A stretch of 64,000 bases of DNA from Candidatus Saccharimonadota bacterium. Lineage in GTDB: Bacteria > Patescibacteriota > Saccharimonadia > CAILAD01 > GCA-016700035. The notes below the pieces were generated by a model. The model was not told the DNA's origin, did no database searches, and saw nothing but the letters and a program-made list of their open reading frames with translations. The stretch lies in contig JAXLZV010000001.1 of NCBI GenBank assembly GCA_046350755.1, positions 75,510 to 139,509 on the forward strand, in the 5' to 3' direction. Position numbers and translations under genes: made by a program. This document shows positions 17,722-26,760 of the stretch, piece after piece (the first letter of the stretch is position 1; each line of letters starts with the position of its first letter).

Positions 17722-17815
17722 ACCGAATGTCTATCTCGATATCGATGGCGTGTTGCTTGCTAATGATTTGCATGCTGCCAACTACGTACATGAGTTCATA
17801 GCACTGAGTATCTAA
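17714..17815 (+). pseudogene. 33-codon remnant of a HAD-superfamily hydrolase N-terminus (motif I DxDG)
   Basis: The translation MTKPNVYLDIDGVLLANDLHAANYVHEFIALSI* has its ATG overlapping the upstream stop (ATGA). It is in the same frame as the downstream GIY-YIG ORF and separated from it by a single TAA. That is far too short for a HAD fold. Confidence 0.3.
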
Positions 17816-18097
17816 ATGGCAAAATATCAGTATAGCCTTTATGCATTCGAGCTCAACGACGACCCCAGATATGTATATGTTGGGCAAACAGCGCTATCGC
17901 CTGAGGCACGCAGGGAGCAGCATATTCATGGGCCTCATAAATCACGAGCGATACGCCATTGTGAAATCGGTAATTTACGGCCGGATCTTTACGAAAAATA
18001 TAATCCTATCGCAACCCGCAAAGAAGCCGAAGCGATGGAGGCTTGGCTGGCGGACAAATTGCGGAATGATGGCTTTATGGTAGAGGGTGGGCATTAA
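17816..18097 (+). CDS. Small GIY-YIG nuclease-domain protein, 93 aa
   Basis: YSLYAFELNDDPRYVYVGQTA...RREQH matches the GIY-x(9-11)-YIG-R-H pattern, and Glu and Asn residues lie downstream. There is no extra DNA-binding domain. Confidence 0.7.
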   Translation: MAKYQYSLYAFELNDDPRYVYVGQTALSPEARREQHIHGPHKSRAIRHCEIGNLRPDLYEKYNPIATRKEAEAMEAWLADKLRNDGFMVEGGH

Positions 18098-18148
18098 GTG
18101 AGCGAAAAAACTCCGCAATACTGACAGGGTGAGCACCTACCCGATCAG

Positions 18149-18457
18149 CTAGCCGAGCAACAGCTTGCCGAGAGCTAAGACCAGGAGAAATACCCAAGTC
18201 GCAAAAAATAGTAGCGCTCGCCAGCTACTCACCGACACATCAGGGTCTACGGCTTTGGAGATGCTCAGAAACGCAAAGCCACACGCCCCCAGCAGGAGGA
18301 CCCAGTACAGCGGTGATACTCTCGGGGTGCGAACGATGGGTGTGAGCTGAAGGGCAGCCAAAAACGGCACGAGCAATACACAGATTGCGCCACATATGTA
18401 CCAAAAATTTTGCGTTTTCTTATTCATAGTGCTCGAATTTGCCTGTTCAGATTTCAT
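18149..18457 (-). CDS. Small hypothetical membrane protein
   Basis: An ORF with three predicted hydrophobic helices and no recognisable motif. A plausible internal start is at 18427 (MNKKTQNFWYI). Confidence 0.4.
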   Translation of the reverse strand: MKSEQANSSTMNKKTQNFWYICGAICVLLVPFLAALQLTPIVRTPRVSPLYWVLLLGACGFAFLSISKAVDPDVSVSSWRALLFFATWVFLLVLALGKLLLG

Positions 18458-18571
18458 TATATCGCAGCCAGCAAAATTACCTACCAGCCCTTGCGCTGTA
18501 AATACTTCAAAAACATCGCAGAATACAGCTCGGATGTGTCAGTATATCTATATATAGATAAGGAGACTCAC

Positions 18572-19093
18572 ATGAAAGCAACTTTGGGCGGTGGATGCTT
18601 CTGGTGCTTGGAAGCGGCCTACCAGATGATACGCGGCGTGAAGCAGGTGAGGCCAGGCTACGCCGGTGGCACGACCAAGGACCCGAGCTACGAGGCTGTC
18701 TGCGACGGCAAAACCGGCCATGCCGAGGTGGTAATGATCGAGTTTGATGAGGCCCAGATCCGCTACGAGGATATCCTGGATGTCTTTTGGGCCATTCACG
18801 ACCCGACGACGCTCAATCAGCAGGGGGCGGATGTCGGCACGCAGTATCGATCGATCATCTTCTACGCCGATGAGAGCCAGAAAACCACAGCCGAGGCTTC
18901 GCGAGATGCCGCTCAAAAGCTCTGGGACAAGCCGATCGTGACCGAGATCCAGCCGCTCGAGGCATTTTATCCAGCCGAAGACTACCATCGCAACTACTTT
19001 GCGCAGCACCCCGAGCAAGCCTACTGCCAGATCGTAATCAACCCCAAGCTGGCTAAGCTACGTCAGCTCTATCACGATTTGCTCATCGCGTAA
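18572..19093 (+). CDS. msrA: Peptide methionine sulfoxide reductase A
   Basis: The GGCFWC catalytic motif follows the start, and aggaga lies 5 nt upstream of ATG 18572. The longer ORF-track start at 18410 has no SD and encodes a non-conserved extension. Confidence 0.9.
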   Translation: MKATLGGGCFWCLEAAYQMIRGVKQVRPGYAGGTTKDPSYEAVCDGKTGHAEVVMIEFDEAQIRYEDILDVFWAIHDPTTLNQQGADVGTQYRSIIFYADESQKTTAEASRDAAQKLWDKPIVTEIQPLEAFYPAEDYHRNYFAQHPEQAYCQIVINPKLAKLRQLYHDLLIA

Positions 19094-19141
19094 AAAGCTC
19101 ACTCAACCGCTCATGCTATACTTTTATTTAAAGATACGACT

Positions 19142-20830
19142 ATGAGCGAAAAAGAATCAAAATTTGATCGTGACGTAACCAACATTCGCCAGGAGCACGA
19201 GTATATGAGCGGCGGCTTAGAGCTCGCGCGTAGCTTACAGGAAATTGGCGACCGCGGTCGTGAGGGCATACTCGAGCGCACCGAGCGCCGACGAGAAGCA
19301 ATTCGAGCACTTGATTTAACAGATGAAGAAAAAGCTCAGCATTTAGATACGATGACAGATGAAGTAATCATGCCTGAGCTTTCAAGCCAGCAGCAAAAAG
19401 ATGATTCATTCGTGCGTGAACGCCAAATTGATTACGACAAAAATATCGAGCGCTCGAGTAGGCATTACGAAAAGCATAAACAAGAATATTTGGATGCAGC
19501 ACTACGCGATGCGACAGAAGCTGGCGTTCCGGTGAGCTCATCTGAGGCCAATAATCTTGCCGAAATTCACGATCCACAATCGATATACCCGGGCTTAACC
19601 GAAGATGAGCTGGCGCACCTTCAGCACCTAGACGAAACCCTTGGGACGAGCTACGTGAAATCACTTTTACGCATGAGTGAACATCATTACATCGGTATTA
19701 CAACTCCAGAATCTGTGGAGATGTTACCAGAATTCTTACGCATAATAGAGGTTAATGCCCAAATTCGTAGGGCTATGCTAGAAAAGCACCCAGCTAAAAA
19801 ATTTTATGAACGGCCTGGCGAATATCAGCACGAACTAAATCTAGAAGATGTGCCTTTGTTGTCTGAAAGACTAAAAGAACTCGGGCTTAACGACGAACAG
19901 CAGGCGGCAATATTTTCTTCGTGGGCTAGCTATCAGCCAATTCCCCTGGTGCTCGACGAAAGCAAACACAAGGCAATCCGCGGCGATGATGCCGAACGCA
20001 TTGCTGCAAGTATGGCAAATTATTTGTGTAGCGAACTAGGAGATTTGACAGAATTTGTCGAACTATACGGCCCTGAAGAAACGGCAGAGATTATTAATAC
20101 CTTTGGCATTCATCATTTTGGACGTTATGAACCAGAGCAGCTCCATTATCAACTCATTAACTGGCATGACCCTGGCTTGGTGAACCCCATGAGAAACATT
20201 ATCATCTCTCCGCACGACGACTGGAATGCGGCAATGGGCGGAACCGGAAAGGCGGTTGGGGCCGAACTAGCCCGAGAGAACACGGTCTTTTTTGAGGCCG
20301 GTAGTGCAACTGAAATAGCTCGGCATATAGTCGCGGTCGGAAACAGAGAGCGTCGCGCGAAAAGAGATCCGGAGCAGTTTAATTTGGTTGAAAATGTCAT
20401 CATCACTGGACATGGAACACCAGAGAAAATTGTACTTGGTCCCGAAGAGACGGGGATTAGTCTTGATATGTACGCGGCGGCGGAAGAGGGGCGCGAGAAG
20501 GTTAATGGCAAAATAAACACGTATCGGCGTCATTTAGGATCTAAGTTTCAGGTAATTCTTGATTCCTGCTCGACGGCAGGGGCGACTTTACGTGGAGGTA
20601 ATATAGCAACCGAAATTAGCGACAGTCATGACGCTTTGGTGCATGCTAGCCCGGCTACGGTATATGGTGCAAGTAAACAAATTGAAAACGGGGAAGTAGT
20701 GTACCGCATTTCACCGAAAAATGCCTGGGTTACGGCTGCACGCTATGATGGCCGGCATGGTGATGGTGTAACTGAATCTTCACCTTTTCGCACGCGACTG
20801 GTTCGTTGGGCTCATTTTTTAATGCAATAG
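19142..20830 (+). CDS. Hypothetical 562-aa acidic cytoplasmic protein with no recognisable domain
   Basis: A long ORF with coding-like composition, no TM segment or signal peptide, and no motif I can name. Confidence 0.5.
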   Translation: MSEKESKFDRDVTNIRQEHEYMSGGLELARSLQEIGDRGREGILERTERRREAIRALDLTDEEKAQHLDTMTDEVIMPELSSQQQKDDSFVRERQIDYDKNIERSSRHYEKHKQEYLDAALRDATEAGVPVSSSEANNLAEIHDPQSIYPGLTEDELAHLQHLDETLGTSYVKSLLRMSEHHYIGITTPESVEMLPEFLRIIEVNAQIRRAMLEKHPAKKFYERPGEYQHELNLEDVPLLSERLKELGLNDEQQAAIFSSWASYQPIPLVLDESKHKAIRGDDAERIAASMANYLCSELGDLTEFVELYGPEETAEIINTFGIHHFGRYEPEQLHYQLINWHDPGLVNPMRNIIISPHDDWNAAMGGTGKAVGAELARENTVFFEAGSATEIARHIVAVGNRERRAKRDPEQFNLVENVIITGHGTPEKIVLGPEETGISLDMYAAAEEGREKVNGKINTYRRHLGSKFQVILDSCSTAGATLRGGNIATEISDSHDALVHASPATVYGASKQIENGEVVYRISPKNAWVTAARYDGRHGDGVTESSPFRTRLVRWAHFLMQ

Positions 20831-20901
20831 CAGCGTGAAAAACTTCACAGCCGAGACTCAGCTAGGGAAGCTATATTGGTGCATATAACGAAAGGTATAG
20901 C

Positions 20902-21195
20902 TTGAAAAAGATTCTGCTCGTCTCTCAACTTGCGAAATATTTTGGTAAAAACAGCCCTCAGCTGAAGAAGCTGGGCGTGGTGGCCGGCATCGTGGTGGCC
21001 GCGCTATTCGGCCTGGGCACAATCCTCATCGTCGGGATTATCGCTCTGCTGTTTGAGCTGTTTTCCAATACTAATATTTCACTCGACATCAACCAGCTCG
21101 TTGGGCAATTCAGTGCCTGGATAAGTGGGCTATTTGGCGTCGGTCAAGAAGCACTCGAAAAAGCGCCAGTGCAAATCGAAGTCAACCAGCAGTAG
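20902..21195 (+). CDS. Small hypothetical membrane protein, 97 aa
   Basis: One long hydrophobic segment (GVVAGIVVAALFGLGTILIVGIIALLF). Confidence 0.4.
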   Translation: MKKILLVSQLAKYFGKNSPQLKKLGVVAGIVVAALFGLGTILIVGIIALLFELFSNTNISLDINQLVGQFSAWISGLFGVGQEALEKAPVQIEVNQQ

Positions 21196-21254
21196 ACCCG
21201 ATAGCTCCTAGCCAGTCGACAGCGGGTGTACAATGGCGTAAACAGGAGAAAGCT

Positions 21255-21626
21255 ATGTTAAATCTGAATTCAATCATGCTCGGCAGCGAAAATCCCAAAG
21301 CGCTAGCCGACTTTTACGGGCAATTACTCGAAAAAGACAAGCCGGACATGGAGGATGGCTCATTTACCGGCTATCTAGCCGGCAACTGCTTCATCTCGAT
21401 CGGCCAACACGATGCGGTGAAGGGCAAGAGTCAGAACCCCGAGCGAATCATCTACTTCTTCGAGACCAGTGACGTGAAGGGCGAGTTCGCGCGCATCTGT
21501 AAGATCGCTGGCGCCACTGTCGTGAAAGCACCCTACAGCCCCGACCCGAATGGTAAATTTATGCTCGCCACCCTAGCTGACCCAGATGGGAACTACTTCC
21601 AGTTGGCTTCTCCCTGGGATCAATAA
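21255..21626 (+). CDS. VOC-family (glyoxalase/bleomycin-resistance-like) protein
   Basis: A size of about 120 aa and the beta-alpha-beta-beta-beta pattern. An aggaga SD lies upstream. Confidence 0.65.
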   Translation: MLNLNSIMLGSENPKALADFYGQLLEKDKPDMEDGSFTGYLAGNCFISIGQHDAVKGKSQNPERIIYFFETSDVKGEFARICKIAGATVVKAPYSPDPNGKFMLATLADPDGNYFQLASPWDQ

Positions 21627-21642
21627 ATCATCAGCGCAGCCT

Positions 21643-21676
21643 GCAATCTCCGAGCCAACCTCGGAGATTGCTTTAT
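21643..21676. terminator. Bidirectional terminator between the VOC gene (+) and trhO (-)
   Basis: A perfect 12-bp stem gcaatctccgag / ctcggagattgc with loop ccaac, followed by tttat. Confidence 0.6.
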
Positions 21677-22557
21677 CCGACGGTAGTGTTTTTCGCGCTG
21701 CAGGCAGCACACTTGGTTTGAGCCGCGCAGGCATCACAGACCAGCACCAGCTTATTGCACTCCACATTCTCACAATTAATAAACCGACTAGTCTTACCGC
21801 CGCAGTGCACACACTCACCGATATCGACTGACTTGTCGCTAAAACGCTGGGTCATCCGGCCATCAAATATGTAGAGAGCGCCCTCCCAGAGTCCGTCGTC
21901 GCCGTACTGCTCACCGTACTTCACGACCCCGCCATCGACCTGATAGACTTCCTTGAAGCCACGATTTTTCATCAGCGCACTGAGCGCCTCACAACGCACG
22001 CCACCAGTACAGTAGGTGACCACCGGCTTGTCTTTGATGTCATCATACTTATCGCTCTCGATCTCGGTCAGAAAATCATGCGTTGTGCGGGTATCGGGCA
22101 CCACGGCATTCTTAAACCGACCAACCTTCGCCTCGTAGGCATTCCGGCCATCGAAGAAAACGACTTCGTCACCGCGCGTCGCCACCAGCTCATGGAGCTG
22201 CTCCGGTTTGAGGTGCTTACCGCCACCGACCACGCCGTGCTGGTCGACTTTGATCTCATCCGGCGCACCAAAGGCCACCAGCTCGGGCCGCACCTTCACA
22301 CTCAGACGGGGGAACTCTTCGCCACTGCCATCGCTCCATTTGTAGACGATGTCCTTAAAGACCACCGAGCGATTCATCTCGCGCTTATACTCGCGAACAT
22401 TTTCGATGTCGCCACCGAGTGTACCGTTGATGCCATGCGAGCTGATGATAATCCGCCCCTTCAGCTCAAGCCGCCGACACAGCTCACGCTGCCAGCGCAT
22501 CGTCATGACTGGATCGGCAACCGGCACAAATTTGTAGTAGAGAATAACTTTTTTCAT
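21673..22557 (-). CDS. trhO: Rhodanese-domain tRNA uridine(34) hydroxylase, TrhO/YceA family
   Basis: The N-terminal LYYKF..ADP...[13 protein letters not shown] matches the UPF0176 domain. The rhodanese active site is CTGGVRCE, and a Cys-rich C-terminus follows. Confidence 0.75.
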   Translation of the reverse strand: MKKVILYYKFVPVADPVMTMRWQRELCRRLELKGRIIISSHGINGTLGGDIENVREYKREMNRSVVFKDIVYKWSDGSGEEFPRLSVKVRPELVAFGAPDEIKVDQHGVVGGGKHLKPEQLHELVATRGDEVVFFDGRNAYEAKVGRFKNAVVPDTRTTHDFLTEIESDKYDDIKDKPVVTYCTGGVRCEALSALMKNRGFKEVYQVDGGVVKYGEQYGDDGLWEGALYIFDGRMTQRFSDKSVDIGECVHCGGKTSRFINCENVECNKLVLVCDACAAQTKCAACSAKNTTVG

Positions 22558-22575
22558 AGCAATAAATACTCGTAC

Positions 22576-23214
22576 TTACTCGACGTCGGTCATTTCGCGT
22601 AACTTCTCGAGATTAATCTCAAAGCAGCTTTTATTGGTTTTGAGCACGCCCTTGCGGGAGAGGTGGCGCACCTGCACCGTCATCGTCTCGCGGGTCGTGC
22701 CGACCATACTCGCTAGCTGCACATGCGAGAGCGGGAAGGGGAGAGTGACGATACCATCGCGCACCTCCTGGCCAAATCGCTCGACTAACAGCGCGAGGTA
22801 ATTGACGAGCTTGATGTCGGCCTTGGCCTGCAGAATATTATCGAGCGTCTGAGACAATTCATCATTCCAGGTGAGCACGTAGCGCACGAGGCCAAACAGT
22901 GCAGCTGGATTTTTCTCAATCTGCTTCTCCAGCTGATCAGCCGGCATACTCCGTAAAGAACCATCCGTCATCGCCTCATAGTAATACCGATGCGTGGTGT
23001 CGCTAAAAAACGCGGCTTGGAGATTCATAACGTCACCGGGGCCCAGGATCGAAATCAGCTTCTCATCACCATCATCGGCGATGGTGTAGGCCTTCACAAA
23101 ACCATCGGTAATATAGGAGACCTCACCACCAGTTTCACCCTGGTGGAGAATCACAGCCCCCTTCTTGAAAGTCTGCTGGTCCTCTTGAAGAAAAAAAGCT
23201 CGGAGGTGTTTCAT
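22576..23214 (-). CDS. Crp/Fnr-family transcriptional regulator
   Basis: A cNMP-binding beta-roll is followed by a C-terminal HTH (RETMTVQVRHLSRKGVL). The start was chosen at the internal Met 23214 (MKHLRAFF). A TATAAT sits 6 nt upstream of it, which suggests a leaderless transcript. Confidence 0.75.
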   Translation of the reverse strand: MKHLRAFFLQEDQQTFKKGAVILHQGETGGEVSYITDGFVKAYTIADDGDEKLISILGPGDVMNLQAAFFSDTTHRYYYEAMTDGSLRSMPADQLEKQIEKNPAALFGLVRYVLTWNDELSQTLDNILQAKADIKLVNYLALLVERFGQEVRDGIVTLPFPLSHVQLASMVGTTRETMTVQVRHLSRKGVLKTNKSCFEINLEKLREMTDVE

Positions 23215-23271
23215 GGCTATATTATAGCAGCGGCTAGCCCAAAGCGAAAAAACACCGTACAATAAAAATCT

Positions 23272-25056
23272 ATGCGCGACATACTCAAAATCATGCGATT
23301 TTCATCGTCGCTCAAACGTTACTACATCGCGATCTCCGCCTTTGTGGTGATTTTGGCGTTACTCAATCTCGTCAATCCATTCCTGACCAAGTGGCTAGTT
23401 GACTTGATCTCGTCATCTTCCAACGGCCAGGCCATACCATTTACCGACGCCATCGTGCCGCTGCTGCTGCTACTGGTAGCTGGCGTAACGATTGCCTTAC
23501 TTTCAAATATCAATGGCTATCTTGGTGATAGGATGGCGGTCAAACTCAATACTTTGCTATCAACGCGCTACTATGACCATCTCATGAACTTGCCGATCGA
23601 ATACTATGACTCCGAGCAGACCGGGAAGATTACAGCTCGACTCGAGCGGTCGATCGCCAGCCTGTCGCAGCTGATGAACGCCCTGGCTAATAACTTTATT
23701 CAGTTCTTCCTGACGACCTTCATTACGCTGATTGCGATCGCCATATACTCCTGGCCGGTAGCACTGCTGCTGACGATCATCTTTCCGACGTATATCTGGA
23801 TAACGCATCTTTCGAGTGAGGCTTGGCAAAAAAAACAGGGCGAGATCAACCAAAACCTCGATAAGGCAAATGGTCGTTTTGTTGAGTCGATCGGGCAAAT
23901 ACGCGTCGTCAAATCATTCGTGCGCGAGCTCGGTGAAGTCGCTAGCTTTCGACGGCGACGCAGCAAGATCGAGGAGGTCTCGCGTAGCCAATCAATCCAG
24001 TGGCACAGCTACGACACTGCCCGGCGACTCGTCCTCGGCGTTGTCTTCTTCGCGATCTTCGCCATCATCGTCTGGCAGGCCTTGCAGGGTAAATACTCGG
24101 TTGGTACGGCGGTTCTGCTTATCACTCTAGCTAACCAAGCCCAATTCCCACTGTTTGGCTCGAGCTTCATCATTGAAGGGATCCAGCGCGCGCAGTCAGA
24201 TAGTAAAGATTACTTCGAGATCATGGAAAAGAAACCGACGATCGTCGACGCCCCAAAGGCCGGCAAGCTCAAGGTCGATGGCGGGAATGTGAGCTTCAAG
24301 GACGTAGTCTTCAGCTACGATAAGGGCAATACGGTCCTCAATAAAGTAAGCTTTGATATCCCAGCACATAGTAAAGTAGCGCTCGTCGGTGAGAGCGGTG
24401 AAGGAAAGTCGACCATCGCCAACTTGATCGTGCGTTTCTATGAGGCCAAAGCCGGCGAGATCACGATCGATGGCACACCTATCTCGACCGTCACCCAAGC
24501 CAGCTTGCGCCAGCAAGTCGGCATCGTCTTCCAGGACCCGTCACTTTTCTCAGGCACCATCGAGGAAAACATTGCTTATGGCCTGGAACGTAAATACACT
24601 CAAGCCGAGCTCGAAACCGCTGCCAAGATGGCAAACGCGGCGGATTTTATTGCCAAGTTACCGAAAAGCTACAAAACTGAAGTGGGCGAGCGGGGAGTGA
24701 AACTCTCGGGCGGACAGAAGCAGCGCATCATCATCGCCCGCGCCCTTCTCAAGAATCCACCGATCCTAATTCTCGACGAGGCTACCAGCTCACTGGACGC
24801 CAAAGCTGAAGCCCAGGTCCAACAAGCACTCGAGCGCCTGATGGAAAACCGTACCACCATCATCATCGCCCATCGCTTGAGCACGATTTCACACGTAGAC
24901 CTGATCATTGGTTTGCGAGGCGGCAAGATCGCTGAGCAAGGCTCACCGCGTCAGCTAGCAAACAAGAAAGATGGTATTTACGCTGAGCTCCTCGAGCTGC
25001 AGACGGCCAGCACGAAAGATCTGAAGAAGCTCAAGAAGTTTGATATTGCGGCCTGA
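23272..25056 (+). CDS. ABC exporter, fused permease and ATPase (MsbA/multidrug type)
   Basis: Six N-terminal TM helices, Walker A GESGEGKST, the signature LSGGQKQRIIIARAL and Walker B ILILDEATS. Confidence 0.85.
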   Translation: MRDILKIMRFSSSLKRYYIAISAFVVILALLNLVNPFLTKWLVDLISSSSNGQAIPFTDAIVPLLLLLVAGVTIALLSNINGYLGDRMAVKLNTLLSTRYYDHLMNLPIEYYDSEQTGKITARLERSIASLSQLMNALANNFIQFFLTTFITLIAIAIYSWPVALLLTIIFPTYIWITHLSSEAWQKKQGEINQNLDKANGRFVESIGQIRVVKSFVRELGEVASFRRRRSKIEEVSRSQSIQWHSYDTARRLVLGVVFFAIFAIIVWQALQGKYSVGTAVLLITLANQAQFPLFGSSFIIEGIQRAQSDSKDYFEIMEKKPTIVDAPKAGKLKVDGGNVSFKDVVFSYDKGNTVLNKVSFDIPAHSKVALVGESGEGKSTIANLIVRFYEAKAGEITIDGTPISTVTQASLRQQVGIVFQDPSLFSGTIEENIAYGLERKYTQAELETAAKMANAADFIAKLPKSYKTEVGERGVKLSGGQKQRIIIARALLKNPPILILDEATSSLDAKAEAQVQQALERLMENRTTIIIAHRLSTISHVDLIIGLRGGKIAEQGSPRQLANKKDGIYAELLELQTASTKDLKKLKKFDIAA

Positions 25057-25103
25057 GCGAGTACAATACACCTAGAATTAGTAAAGTTTTGAGGAGTTCT
25101 CAT

Positions 25104-25607
25104 ATGCCAGAAGAAAAGGCACACCCAACGCACACCAAAAAAGAAACTGGACTGATTGGTATGCTCGAACCATATTTCACCAAACAAGCCCCCTGGCAAA
25201 TGCCCGAGGAGTGGCGCAAAAATCTCGTCAATTGGATTCCGTGGATTAATCTCGTCATTGGTATTCTCTTCCTGCCGCTGGCGCTTGCCGCTATTGGCCT
25301 CGCAGGATTTGTTAGTGTTGCTCTCAACACCACTGGCTATAACGCCAGCCCACTGATCATGTTCTCAGGCGTCATATTGCTCGTTTCGGTTGCCCTGCTG
25401 ATTTTTACCTTCCCAGGCATGAAAGCTCGCAAGCTGAGCACCTGGAAGATTATCTTCTGGGCTGACATCATTTACTTCGCTTACGGCATCGTCAATGCGA
25501 TTGGCTATGGTATTTCCGGAGGAGTCATCATGAATATCATCTGGTCGGTAATCGGTACCGCCATTGGCTTGTACGTGCTCTTCCAGATCAAGCACTACTA
25601 CAAATAG
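25104..25607 (+). CDS. Hypothetical integral membrane protein
   Basis: A gaggag SD lies 7 nt upstream of ATG 25104, followed by four hydrophobic helices. The ORF track starts at an upstream TTG. Confidence 0.5.
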   Translation: MPEEKAHPTHTKKETGLIGMLEPYFTKQAPWQMPEEWRKNLVNWIPWINLVIGILFLPLALAAIGLAGFVSVALNTTGYNASPLIMFSGVILLVSVALLIFTFPGMKARKLSTWKIIFWADIIYFAYGIVNAIGYGISGGVIMNIIWSVIGTAIGLYVLFQIKHYYK

Positions 25608-25624
25608 CTTGCCCTTGAATCCTC

Positions 25625-25660
25625 AAACGCTCCGGCATCTCGTGACGTCCGGAGCGTTTT
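25625..25660 (+). terminator. Rho-independent terminator
   Basis: An 11-bp stem aaacgctccgg / ccggagcgttt followed by tttt. Confidence 0.6.
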
Positions 25661-25679
25661 GATGTAGAATGTCTCGGTT

Positions 25680-26741
25680 ATGAAGAAAGTACTCACCACC
25701 CATCACGGCCAGGTCCAGCTGCCGGCCTTCTTCCCGGATGCGACACGGGCGACGATCAAGTCGGTCGACACGCAAGCCGTACTCGCCACACACACGCCCG
25801 GTATGGTGATGAATACCTATCACTTAGCAAACCTCGGCCTGGTCGACATTATCGCCGAGCAGGGGGGTCTGCATGCCTTCACCGGCTGGACGCGACCGAT
25901 CATCACTGACTCCGGTGGCTTCCAGGCCATGAGCCTGGTACGAGAATTCAACACTGGCGGGAAATTCACCGAAGACGGCGTGATCTTTCAGGATGCAGCT
26001 GGCAATAAGCTTGAGCTGACGCCCGAATCTTGCATCGACTACCAGCTCAAGCTCGGCAGCGATATCATCATGATCCTCGACGACTGCACGAAGCCGGACA
26101 TGCCGCTGGCGGAGCAGCTCAAAAGTGTCGAGCGGACGGTCCGTTGGGCGAAGCGGGCTCGAGTCCACTTTGATAAAGTCACGCAAGGCCTCGAGAAAAA
26201 ACCATTAATCTTCGGCATCGTGCAAGGCGGGGCCGATCGGGAACTACGTCGCAAATGCGCCAGTGAGCTCGCCAAGCTCAAGTTCGACGGCTATGCGTAT
26301 GGTGGTTTTCCCATCAACGAACAAAACGAGCTCCAAGTCGAGACGCTGCAAGCGGTCGTTGATGATACGCCCGCTGAAGCTATCAAATACGCCATGGGCG
26401 TCGGCACACCGGATCAGATAGTAAAATGTGTGGCTATGGGCTACGACCTCTTCGACGTCGTCATCCCAACGCGGGAAGCCCGTCATCGCAAGCTCTATGT
26501 CTGGAAGGGTGAGCCGAGCCAGCTCGATCTAGCTAGCGATTTCTACGAGACCATTACGATGAAGAACCGGGCACTGCAGGCGGATTCGAGCCCGATCGAT
26601 CCACACTGTGATTGTCATACGTGCACTCACTACTCACGGGCGTATATACATGCACTCTTTCGGGCTGACCAGGCAACGGCCCAACAACTGGCATCTATCC
26701 ATAATTTACGGTTTTATTCGCGACTGATGGAGATAGTATAG
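25680..26741 (+). CDS. tgt: Queuine tRNA-ribosyltransferase
   Basis: The catalytic region is ITDSGGFQ and the zinc site is CDCHTC...H. Confidence 0.85.
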   Translation: MKKVLTTHHGQVQLPAFFPDATRATIKSVDTQAVLATHTPGMVMNTYHLANLGLVDIIAEQGGLHAFTGWTRPIITDSGGFQAMSLVREFNTGGKFTEDGVIFQDAAGNKLELTPESCIDYQLKLGSDIIMILDDCTKPDMPLAEQLKSVERTVRWAKRARVHFDKVTQGLEKKPLIFGIVQGGADRELRRKCASELAKLKFDGYAYGGFPINEQNELQVETLQAVVDDTPAEAIKYAMGVGTPDQIVKCVAMGYDLFDVVIPTREARHRKLYVWKGEPSQLDLASDFYETITMKNRALQADSSPIDPHCDCHTCTHYSRAYIHALFRADQATAQQLASIHNLRFYSRLMEIV

Positions 26742-26760
26742 CGGTAGAGCTAGAGGCTAG

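Noticed and set aside
16237-18097. Interpreting the Cas4-like nuclease and the FtsK-gamma protein as remnants of a prophage or ICE
   Set aside because: There are no capsid, terminase, integrase, relaxase or replication genes nearby. Only the RM gene shows foreign composition. This is kept as a hypothesis but not as an annotated mobile element.
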